The position numbers and the translations under genes were made by a program. A stretch of 63,052 bases of DNA, counting the filler, from Octopus bimaculoides (taxonomy: Eukaryota), in assembly GCF_001194135.2 (NCBI RefSeq). It is 4 parts of 3 records of this genome, joined end to end, with 100 filler letters (N's around TTAATTAATTAA, not from the genome) between each part and the next. Parts side by side here need not be neighbours in the genome. Positions count along the whole stretch, not along the records: positions 1 to 30,152 come from NC_068981.1; 3 more parts are not named here. One strand, 5' to 3'. Of the stretch, positions 12,620-23,560 are shown one piece after another; position 1 is the first letter of the stretch; each line of letters begins with the position of its first letter. Under the pieces are notes generated by a model. The model saw only the letters and a program-made list of their open reading frames with translations. It was not told the origin of the DNA and did no database searches.

Positions 12620-14560
12620 CTGTTTCTGGAATATTAGGGATAACCTTTCATCAGAGACGATGTGAGACGGTTAAATAGAGGGAAACATTAAAGTTAAATA
12701 TGAGGAGTTATTTTGGAAAAGAAAGCAAATAAGGCCAATCTCGCTGCTAGTACGTTTGATGCATTGCTTGATTTTAGTGCCTCTTCTAGTGAACTAAGAC
12801 TCTCTCTACTTTGTCTGTTGTTTCTAATGCTAAAGCTTAGCTAAATCTAATTGACACAAATTTGATGACTCTTTTCAGGGCATACCACCAGTTGTTAAGG
12901 ATCCTGTTAATGCCTTTTTAACAAACACTCTGATCCGGTCACTGTAATCTTTGCACGCCAAGAGTGACGTGTTGAGTTTCCTGTCTACAAAATCTATCTA
13001 GATCGAGCTTACAAATCACATATTAGTGATCCGTCTAGCTAATGATATGGAATAGTGGATAACTAACACTATTTTTATCTGCTAACCTAATAAAAATTCT
13101 ATGTAAGTCCTGGAAGACCCGAAGCTGTTAGTCCATGTCCACATTGGAGCATTCGCGAAATTCATTCTATACCTGTCAGTCAACTGGAAACGTCTGGGAA
13201 GGTTAGCGAGGCATGAATTCCCTTTTCTATTTACATTCAAGCCAATACAATCCACACGTGCATCTAGGATTGTGATAAAGTTATCTACTAACATTAAAGT
13301 GAACGATGTATATAGGAAACCCTCAGACGTCTGAAGTAGTCTGACTGTCCAGTGTCATTCGGCGAATAGAAAGTGACAAATCTGAAGGCACTACAGCTGC
13401 TGGGATTCATGTCAAGGATGACTAGCTTGCCCTCGAGATCCACAAAGATTGTTCTTATTTGGTTGCCCATTGCTGGTAGGTGTATTGTCTGGAAGTGCAT
13501 GTTCTTCTGCAGGCGCCTTCTTAGCTTTTGCTGCTGGGGCTGAGCCTGCTGTCGATGTTGATGGTTCATCTTTGGCCGGATGATTCAGAGTTGAGGTGAC
13601 TTGAGGCTTAGTCTGTGCTGGTTTCGCAGGGCTCTAGTGAGGTTGCTATATGGTGGCGGTGGGACCACTACAGAGGATTCCAGTGGGTAGGTGACCCTAA
13701 TATGGCCTTTCTACCCACATTTGTAGCATCTGAGTCTGCGTCCCTCCACCATGACACGCATTGCTGTCCCATGTGGTCTGGCCACGCTTCAAGGTCCTTT
13801 TGGGATGCTTGAATAATTAGTTCTAGGCCTTGCCCCCACCAAGTTTTGTTGGTGGAACTTGGTGACTTGAAGAAAGTTTATGTTCGTTTCTGAATCTAGC
13901 AGGACAGCCGCCACCATTCATACTACATCTAATTCTGGTGGCACTTCTCCAATTTTTATTTTGGAAGTTCTTCCCAGGTAGAAGTACAAGTTCAGCTGTT
14001 GTTTCTAAAGAGAATATGGAGTGTTCTTTTGCAACGAATCTAACATCTACAGTGTCAAATTCTTACCTCTAGCAACATTGGTAGTCCTGCACTAAATGGA
14101 ATGTTTGCATTTTTCTATTTGTTCTTTAGCAGCGTGTTCAGTTTTCTTTTGTTTGTTAACGAGAATGTTTTATAAATTATTGTTTTGCGCAATGTTTTTT
14201 GCGTAATTTCGTACAGAGGGATTAGGTTTACATTGGTACCGTCTCCTTTTAGTGGGCTTTTGAACTTTTTCACTTGTTCTGTGTTAATGTTTATCATAAC
14301 CTGTTTGACTATAGCCGCTGACGCGAAGCCGCGACGGTCGCTTTTCATTGTTTTCTGGTATTTCTCAATAGAGTGGCTGATAGTAGTGGCGTTTATTCCC
14401 CTTTGCAACAACTGCGTTCTCCTCCTCTCCCTCTCTACAAAGGCGAGGTGGGAAAGCGTCTTCGTAATATATATATTTCTCCTAACTATTCCTTCTATTC
14501 ATCATTAGGCTTTTACCATGCTGGGGTTCTGCCTCAAACAATTTTAGTCAAAAGAACCGA
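12620..14560 (-). mobile_element. Tx1/L1-clade LINE 5' fragment (ORF1 remnant plus AP endonuclease)
   Basis: Peptides DLEGKLVILD...FRFVTFYSPN, LVDNFITILDARVDC, LTDRYR...PMWTWTN...SRTYI and DHKFV...RKLNTSLL match Tx1/L1 EN and linker. Upstream RTSKIKIGEVPPELD is ORF1-like. Confidence 0.8.
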
Positions 14561-14913
14561 CCGCAGTAATTTATTATTAATTTATCAGTTTTGAAGCCTG
14601 GAACTGATTCTGCCCGGTTCTTCTGCCAAAACGCCGAGTTATGAGAAGTTAAACAAACGAACACTGCTTGTCAATGGTGAAGGTAGACGGACACCATACG
14701 TGTGCAGGCATACGCACACATGTTGTCTATAGAGCATGCTTCTTTTGTTCATGAAACCCATTTATAAGTATTTGGTTGGCCCTAGCTTGTAGTAGAGATA
14801 CTTTCCCAAGTTTCTATCACATCTATATATATATATATATATATATATATNNNNNNNNNNNNNNNNNNNNNNNNNNNNNNNNNNNNNNNNNNNNNNNNNN
14901 NNNNNNNNNNNNG

Positions 14914-14944
<31 letters not shown>

Positions 14945-15944
14945 AGTGGGAGAGATGGGGAGAAAAAGATAAATAGATAGGTAGGTGTCATATCCAAATT
15001 GAGTGAGTGGGACGGGTAAAATCCAGGCAGCATATGTTTCTTGGCTAGCTAATTTTCTGATGTAATAATTACTCGACGAGGGATACTCAGCTTAACTAAC
15101 CATGAATGTTAGAGTATTGCTTCTTATTCCTAAATTAATTCACTGCATATATCAGTTGAAATGAGTGTTGAAGGCGGAAGAAAAGCATAAAACAAATACA
15201 AATGTTTGAAGAAATAAAATGGTCAAGACTTAGGAAAAGGAAAGGATAAGACGAAATAGGTAGGAGTGGGAATGGCTCGAGTTGTTAAACATGAAGGAAA
15301 GAGAAAAAAGGTGTGGGAAGAAATGAGCAGATAGTTGCTGTCGGTAAGGGGTAAAATGGTTGTTATAAATATTTAACTGAGATGGGTAAATGTAGAGACT
15401 AGCGGACTACGAGGGATTAATTTCTAAATGGATAGTTGGCTTTGGTAATGTTGGCCGTAGGTCCACGTCAGAGTAAACATTACATACACATGTACACACA
15501 CTTCACACTTGTAGTATGGACACATGTATATACGTACACGGACTCACCCACACGCGCGCACACTCACGCATGCATAGAAATGTCTACACGCCGTGACCGA
15601 GCGTGCGTCTGCCGAAAGTAGACATTCCCTTGTGTGTAAGTATATCTGCAAATACGCGTAAGTGTCCAAGAGTGCACTTGGATCTGCAAACCTTATCCTT
15701 ATATACATATATATAGCAATACTCAGATATCTTTAAATAGTTATTTATTAACTTACAGGCACGACCAGTCTCACGTGTGCATACACGTCTAGACAGGTGA
15801 ACCAACTCGCCCCGGATCGATTCACATGTCACGGATACGAATATTTCGCTTCTTCTGTGGCTTATCAACATCACGTATATATAAATTGGCTTGCAACCAG
15901 AGTGAAACTGTTCTGATCTAATGATCATATGAATTCCTGTAAGC

Positions 15945-16370
15945 TATCAACAGTGATCTCATTGATCCCACCCTGACGTGACAGGCTGTATCTATTCGAC
16001 GACTCCCTAACTCTATGCAGTGCATAGTGTCTTGAAATCAGAGTGAAAAAGACAGTACTAATGTATCAACCTGCACAAGTTAAACCTATCCAGAGTAGAC
16101 TCTTCCGAATCTGTGTAGAATATTTATGTATGGAGAGAAACTGCAGGATATAGATAAATTCGTATAGTTAGGTAGTATTATGAAAATGAAAGATATTCTT
16201 GATAATGAAATCTCTTTCCGAACAAATAAGGCTACCGTAACATTCGGAAAATTTGATAAACGTTTGCAGACTCAGTCTGGAGTCGAAGTCGAGATAGAGC
16301 AGAAGGCCTACAATACTTGTAGTGGTTTCGTGAACACTCTTAGCCGTATACTGAGTATCTGATAGCAAAT
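15945..16370 (+). mobile_element. RTE-clade LINE fragment (post-RT)
   Basis: ILDNEISFRTNKATVTFGKFDKRL resembles the RTE motif IDxEIxxRIxKAxxAFGxLxxRL. Confidence 0.7.
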
Positions 16371-16399
16371 ATATATATATATATCTCACACACACACAG

Positions 16400-16605
16400 C
16401 TTCTCGTATTTGGGTTCACCACTTCTTTCCCCTTTGTTATCTCCCCTTTTTCTTAGCTCTCCTGTGTGAACTTTCAGCTGAAGAGCGTAGCTCGAAACGT
16501 TAAAGACTCTCTATTCCCGAGCGTTAAACTAATACATCCATTGGTTGTTTACACCACTTGTCCTCATCTGTTGTTGTTTTTTTTTTCGTGAATTCTCCCA
16601 TATAT
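16400..16605 (+). mobile_element. Short dispersed repeat with hammerhead-like boxes (second copy 41085-41290)
   Basis: CTGAAGAGCGTAGCTCGAAACGTTAAAGACT...GAGCGTTAAACTAATACATCC...AATTCTCCCATATATA is shared with 41085-41290. Confidence 0.7.
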
Positions 16606-16984
16606 ANNNNNNNNNNNNNNNNNNNNNNNNNNNNNNNNNNNNNNNNNNNNNNNNNNNNNNNNNNNNNNNNNNNNNNNNNNNNNNNNNNNNNNNNNNNNNN
16701 NNNNNNNNNNNNNNNNNNNNNNNNNNNNNNNNNNNNNNNNNNNNNNNNNNNNNNNNNNNNNNNNNNNNNNNNNNNNNNNNNNNNNNNNNNNNNNNNNNNN
16801 NNNNNNNNNNNNNNNNNNNNNNNNNNNNNNNNNNNNNNNNNNNNNNNNNNNNNNNNNNNNNNNNNNNNNNNNNNNNNNNNNNNNNNNNNNNNNNNNNNNN
16901 NNNNNNNNNNNNNNNNNNNNNNNNNNNNNNNNNNNNNNNNNNNNNNNNNNNNNNNNNNNNNNNNNNNNNNNNNNNNNNNNNATA

Positions 16985-17185
16985 TACGATAGTGAAGTCC
17001 TCGAATTCAGTCTGTCTACCAGAAACAATAGCCACGTGGTTAGGAAGGAGGATGATCGGAAAGATCAAAATCCTAGAAAAGTGACAGGAAAATCTCAATC
17101 TAGATCGCGCATCGCGGAGGAAAGCAGTGCACGATGGGAGGCGGAATTCGAACAAAATCGTATTGCGCATGACCCGCTCAAGTGA
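16985..17185 (+). CDS. Possible terminal coding segment of unknown protein (66 aa visible after a gap)
   Basis: Open frame YDSEVLEFSLSTRNNSHVVRKEDDRKDQNPRKVTGKSQSRSRIAEESSARWEAEFEQNRIAHDPLK*, which is GC/CpG-richer than its flanks. No homology recognised. Confidence 0.3.
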   Translation, partial: YDSEVLEFSLSTRNNSHVVRKEDDRKDQNPRKVTGKSQSRSRIAEESSARWEAEFEQNRIAHDPLK

Positions 17186-17429
17186 TATATTCATATTTTC
17201 AAGTGAAATGACCTGTGTATGTTGTCTACCCCCAAATTAACTATGTTAAGTGTGTGCGCATATGTGTCTAGAAAAAAGGTCTTAGAACTAATAAGAGGTG
17301 CCAAGCTCATAATGAATTCTTAAATACTATATATGCATGACTATTTGCTAGGCGTGTGAGAAACAATGTGCTTAAGGAAGTGTTCAAATGCCCTATTAAT
17401 GTTGATCAAAACCACAGTTAATCTACTGC

Positions 17430-17580
17430 AAATAGAACCCAGCAATGCCACATCTGTACTAAAGAGCGTAAGCTATTAGGAGAGCAAGGCCACATTCCTA
17501 CTGTATATTGTCAAGAGAACAATCAAGCGATGACATTGAGCGAAACCTACTTGCAAACATCATATGTCTGTACTGCATTT
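17430..17580 (+). mobile_element. Possible piggyBac-like Cys-rich C-terminal remnant
   Basis: RTQQCHICTKERK...TVYCQEN is a weak match to the piggyBac cysteine-rich domain layout. Confidence 0.25.
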
Positions 17581-18216
17581 AGCTATAGGTAATGTTTGAA
17601 CTGCGCGGCACCTTACCTATTACATGTACAGATGTTTTGATGTTTTAATTCATGCTATGGATATTTGCCTTCCTTTTATTCTATATATTTGAAAACTCTA
17701 CCCGCTTTCCACTTCATTTATCTCATAGACCATCATCCATATATTCTCGTTAATATTGGAGTCATTGAAAAATATTTTAAATGAGATACATACATGAATG
17801 TATGAGTGATTATGGACACAAAGAAATAACTTCTGTGGCCGATATTTTCTACTTAGCTTATTCTGCACGTCAAGTGTATTGTAGTTCAAAAGTACCAGGC
17901 GGATCTCGGAGAGCGTTTCGGTTGCTTATTTTTACTGTTGAGTTCAAAGATGACGAAGCTATTGTTCGTTTATCAGATTTCAAATTACAGTTGTAATAAA
18001 TTTAACGTATATAAATAATGTTTTTCGCACGTGCATCTCGAATTTGTTTATATACATTTACATGTGCATAATTTTCGTATTTGATTTTTTCTCAGCACCA
18101 TTCCGATTAATTTTTTAACTTTTTGCTTACTTTCTCTTTCACATACATTGTTATATGCATCGAGAAATGTTTTAATATATGTCGTTAACATTATGCATAG
18201 ATTTTTATAGACAGAT

Positions 18217-19680
18217 GTGCGCAGGAGTGGATGTGTAAAACGTTTGCTTCTCAACGACATGGTTCTGGGTTCAGTCCCACTGCGTAGCAGCTTGGGCAAG
18301 TGTCTTCTACTATAGTCTCGGACCGACCAATGCCTTGTGGGTGAATTTGGTATACAGAAATTGAATGAAACCTGACGTATATATATATATATATATATAT
18401 ATATNNNNNNNNNNNNNNNNNNNNNNNNNNNNNNNNNNNNNNNNNNNNNNNNNNNNNNNNNNNNNNNNNNNNNNNNNNNNNNNNNNNNNNNNNNNNNNNN
18501 NNNNNNNNNNNNNNNNNNNNNNNNNNNNNNNNNNNNNNNNNNNNNNNNNNNNNNNNNNNNNNNNNNNNNNNNNNNNNNNNNNNNNNNNNNNNNNNNNNNN
18601 NNNNNNNNNNNNNNNNNNNNNNNNNNNNNNNNNNNNNNNNNNNNNNNNNNNNNNNNNNNNNNNNNNNNNNNNNNNNNNNNNNNNNNNNNNNNNNNNNNNN
18701 NNNNNNNNNNNNNNNNNNNNNNNNNNNNNNNNNNNNNNNNNNNNNNNNNNNNNNNNNNNNNNNNNNNNNNNNNNNNNNNNNNNNNNNNNNNNNNNNNNNN
18801 NNNNNNNNNNNNNNNNNNNNNNNNNNNNNNNNNNNNNNNNNNNNNNNNNNNNNNNNNNNNNNNNNNNNNNNNNNNNNNNNNNNNNNNNNNNNNNNNNNNN
18901 NNNNNNNNNNNNNNNNNNNNNNNNNNNNNNNNNNNNNNNNNNNNNNNNNNNNNNNNNNNNNNNNNNNNNNNNNNNNNNNNNNNNNNNNNNNNNNNNNNNN
19001 NNNNNNNNNNNNNNNNNNNNNNNNNNNNNNNNNNNNNNNNNNNNNNNNNNNNNNNNNNNNNNNNNNNNNNNNNNNNNNNNNNNNNNNNNNNNNNNNNNNN
19101 NNNNNNNNNNNNNNNNNNNNNNNNNNNNNNNNNNNNNNNNNNNNNNNNNNNNNNNNNNNNNNNNNNNNNNNNNNNNNNNNNNNNNNNNNNNNNNNNNNNN
19201 NNNNNNNNNNNNNNNNNNNNNNNNNNNNNNNNNNNNNNNNNNNNNNNNNNNNNNNNNNNNNNNNNNNNNNNNNNNNNNNNNNNNNNNNNNNNNNNNNNNN
19301 NNNNNNNNNNNNNNNNNTGTTACATCATGGTGCGTGTTTTTGCGTGCGCTTTTATGTAACTGCGCCGTAGACAAACACACACGCAAAAACACGCACCATG
19401 ATGTAACATACATGCATACATACATGCATGCATACATACATACATACATACATACATACATACATAAGTGTATGTGTGTATGATTGGCCCTCCACCTACC
19501 GCTTTTAAAACCGATGACGTTATGTTTATGTCTCAATAAGCTAGCGGTTCGGCAAAAGTTACCGATAAAATAAGTACCAGCACTTTAAAGAAAAGTACTG
19601 CATTCGATTCATTCGACTACTATTTTTCAAGGTGATACGCCAGCAAAGTCACAGCCTAATGCCTGAAACAAGTTTAAAAT
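18217..19680 (+). mobile_element. tRNA-derived SINE, family A (head 18217-18380, tail ~19478-19680, separated by a gap)
   Basis: Head GCGCAGGAGTGG...GGTTCAGTCCCACTGCG...CTTGGGCAAGTG; tail CTAGCGGTTCGGCAAAAG...ATAAGTACCAG. Confidence 0.8.
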
Positions 19681-19849
19681 ATGTATATATGTAGATATTC
19701 ATGTAGATAATAGTACATGCTAAAATGCATCCCGTCATGCATACGTGTTTGTGTTACCTGTTTGTGTTTTCATACAAACACTCATTGTATTGTCTGCCTT
19801 GCTTTTGAATCAATCAATGCAGACTTTTCCAGTACATGACGTAACATTA

Positions 19850-20700
19850 TTTCCCGTATCCCATTTTTTTTTTTTAGAAATTTTGTATTTGCTTGTATTT
19901 TATAATTTGCTTTAATTCAAAATCAGAGTCAAAAGAAGCCCACGGCTTAAACGCTCAAGTCCACGTGACGAAGCTATTCCAGGAGATAGAGTCATGCTGA
20001 GAATACAGATCAAACACGTGAAACAAATGTCAAGCAAACCAGTTAATATTGACAAAAGCAAATGATGCAAAAACATAACAAAATCAGTTAAAATACAAAA
20101 CAGCAACAACTAGCAGAGAAATAAAATTACTAAATGATATCTTGAAGAACAATAATAAAATTCATTTTAAATGTGTCCAGCGATTAACAAAATAAAAAAT
20201 GTGTAGTGCAATCAATATAAACATAACAGTTGCATTTCAATGTTGAAACGAACATTTAAAACAAAACATGAATATTAAAATTCTACAACGAGCGCAATAT
20301 CATACAAGCCTAGTAATACCTCTATATGATAATACAACATAAGTTGATATTATAAATGATCAACTGATGCAGTAGCTGGTAGTCTGTGAAGGTCTGAAAC
20401 AATAGTGCTTGTTAATCTTCACACATTTCAATATGCTTCTGAAATATGAAACTGAATAAGTTAAAAACTGATTTTAAAAAATCCAGTAAGCTACTGACGT
20501 CATTTGTACTGTTATTAGAAGGACTAACGCCATAAATGCAATGAACCCTCTCCTCTGAGAAATAGACACTATGCAATAGACACGTAGGCGAAACAGTTCT
20601 AGATAAATGTGGTATGACACTTAATCGCATGAAGTGCAAGAACATCGGATACTTTTGTAACAGAAAGGGAATTATCACATTGGATACTGTAATAGAACAA
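19850..20700 (-). pseudogene. Possible decayed Toll-like receptor / LRR-TM-TIR pseudogene
   Basis: Ordered shards: TFTDYQLLHQLIIYNINL (LRR-like), LKCNCYV (LRRCT-like), FISLLVVAVLYFN*F (TM, with * where W is usual) and FHVFDLYSQHD...W (TIR box-1-like). Many stops and at least one frameshift. Confidence 0.35.
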
Positions 20701-21159
20701 GCACCAGTTCGGTAATATAAAGTACAAATATGATGAGATGTGAAACGATAGCTGTAAACAGAATGAGCAGTATTTCTAAGACAAGAAGAGGTAAAGTATG
20801 AAAATATTACACAATGACCCTTTGAAAAGGCCCTCAGAAGATGAAAAGGTATGATGACACAAAAAATGTGGAATTTGAAACAAATGCTAATTTCTCAGTG
20901 ACCGATATAGAAAGAAATACTTCCATAAGAAAATTCATTTTTGATTACACAAACCATTACCAAATAAATAAGGAAGAGGTGACTTAAGTGGCTTAGCCAT
21001 GTAATAAACAGGCACATATATTGAACAGCTGATCCACCAAGACTCGCCAACTTCCAGAAGACGCTTGCAAGAGACATATCGAAAGGAAGGCAAGGCAGTT
21101 ATCCTGGCGGAACGGAGGTGCATGATAAGTATGTATATCTATAACATATAAGACGGAAG

Positions 21160-21269
<110 letters not shown>

Positions 21270-21339
21270 CCGATCATTAGGTTAATCCCACGTAAAATCA
21301 ATATTTTTCATCCTATTTCGTTCACGCCTGGCAGATACA

Positions 21340-23560
21340 TCACTTATGTTCCGCAGATGGCTCTACACTCTAGATTTTTCACTTATGGAGTACTGGAACC
21401 TCTAGAGAAAGGGTGAAAATACTTCAATCTATGATGTACAGTGACTATTGTGGAATAGAGAGGTAACTTTTTGCGAAGTAAAATTCAGAAATTGATTGTC
21501 TCCCTTACATTTGGATCTCCGCTACACTTTTTCCGTTGACGATCAGTGGGTTGTACCCTACAACAAGATGCTCTGCAGAACATTTCTTGCACACATCAAC
21601 ATAAGAATTCTGTAAATCTGTCAAATCCATATTTTATGGATGCAAGAACATTACCAAAGGATCGAACAGATATGTTTTTTTAAATAAAATCTACATGATC
21701 AGATTTTAGAATTGAAGTGACTTTTTGAAACTGGACGCTACACATCCACCAATGAAGCCATATGGAGAACCCTAGGATTCCTAATTTATGATCGATACCC
21801 TACTATGATTTATTCGGAAAATTGGCAGCGAATTTACTTCAAAGAAGACAACCTCATTGAAGAACAAGCTGCCCCGCCAAAGACCACTCTTACAGCCTTT
21901 ATTCACCTATTTTGTACACTGAAGTGCTACATTATTATACATGGAATCAATCATTTTCCCAGGGGCAACGAAGAAAACAAGGCCGGCCTACGCAGTTGAA
22001 TCAAGCCGTGAACAAAGGCAACACAATAGGACGCGTCTACACAGTCCACGCCTTGAACTCCGAATGCTTCTATCTGCGCCACGTCCTCTTGAGGTCATTA
22101 TGGGACTAACCTCCTTCGCTGACCTTCGCATAGCTGACGGTCAGTTATGTGGCACCTTCAAAGATGTCTGCTCCAAACGGAGACTTTTGGATACAGTTGA
22201 TCAATATTATAATGCACTCAAAGAGACCTCTGTCATTCTCTGCAGAAGCTCCGACATCGTCTTGCAATAATGCTGGTTTTCTGCAACCTGAAAGACGCAT
22301 ATGACAGTTTGAAATGCATACAAAGACTAAATGTACCATGACATTTTGCTGCAACTCGCCAAATCACAGGTAGCGTTGACACTCCCATTTCCTCTGCCAT
22401 TTACAACAAATGGCTTCTTCGCTTGGAAGACGTAGTTATGGCAAATGGAGGTCAACGATTGGACGCTTATTCTCTCAACACTCCAGACGGAAATGAAGAC
22501 GCTTGTCCTAATCGCCCCATTCTCAGAGAAACATCCTACAACATCCACTAAGAAAGAGTACATTGCTGACAACGAGCCCCTTCTGAATTCCGATCAGGCT
22601 GACATATACAATTTTGTCCTCGGAAACATCTACACACACACACTGACACAATCATCTAAGGTGCATCCAGTGAAAATGGAAAAACATTCCTCCTGAATCT
22701 TCTTGCGGCATAATGGTGACCTTGCCATTGCTGTTGCCTCCTCATGAATAGCCTCGACTCTTCTCGACGGTGAACGAACAACACTCTACCTTCAATTTGC
22801 CTTTCAATGTATCACACCAAGAAAACCCACCGTACTCCATAATGCATTATGGTGTACGAAGCGACGAATTTTGGACGAAGAGACAATTTTAGAGAGACAA
22901 GTTACTGAAGAGATTGCAAGAGTGCAATGAAATGATTTAACAAAAAACTAAATACTGTTTATAAATTAATAAAGGACTGAACCAGTGCATGTGTTTATTA
23001 CCGGCATAATACCTCTCCCAGGGTTTAATTGCAAACTTATTACTTGGGATAAAGCGGCTATGTCCAATAAATGTTCTCTACAAGCACTTGATACCACAAT
23101 GGCAGACCTTAGATCGAACAACAGCATCCTTGGAGTTGCGACTTTACTTCTTACATGGGATCTTCGACAAACTCTGCCTATTATGCTCAAAGGAACACCC
23201 GCTGATGAACTTAACGCCTACCTTAGAAAATCCCTCCTTTGGTCGCATGTCTAATCGAAACAACTCCCCATCAACATAAGATCATTCCTACACACTGGTC
23301 AGCCTACATCCCAGTTTTCGGAAATGCTTCTTAAATTCAGCAATGAACGGATTACGTCTGACGACAACGGATATATTCACACTACTACCATTGGCCACAC
23401 TGTCTCCAGCTCCGATGACTTATGTTCTGCTGTTTACACAAATCTTACAACGGAATACAGAAAACCAGATTGGCCAACAGACTACCCTCATATTCGTATT
23501 TAGATTATCAACGATCCTTAGATTAATTTAAACGAACAGCGTGTCGTATCAAACGGCATT
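21340..23560 (+). mobile_element. Helitron RepHel remnant (Rep C-terminus plus PIF1-like helicase), heavily mutated
   Basis: Peptides DDQWVVPYNKML...AHIN, TIGRVYTVHALNSECFYLR, GLTSFADLRIADGQLCGTFKDVC, LNSDQADIYNFV, GKTFLLNLL, AIAVASS*IASTLLDG, HSTFNLP and CKLITWD...DLRQTLPI...GTPADELNA. Confidence 0.92.

Noticed and set aside
14185-14508. Hydrophobic 107-aa plus-strand ORF as a membrane protein
   Set aside because: It is antisense to the A-rich Tx1 ORF1 region; T-richness explains the hydrophobic residues.
22831-22858. Palindrome as a Staf/ZNF143 site (TACCCATAATGCAT-like)
   Set aside because: It needs an insertion to match, lies inside a TE remnant, and has no promoter context.
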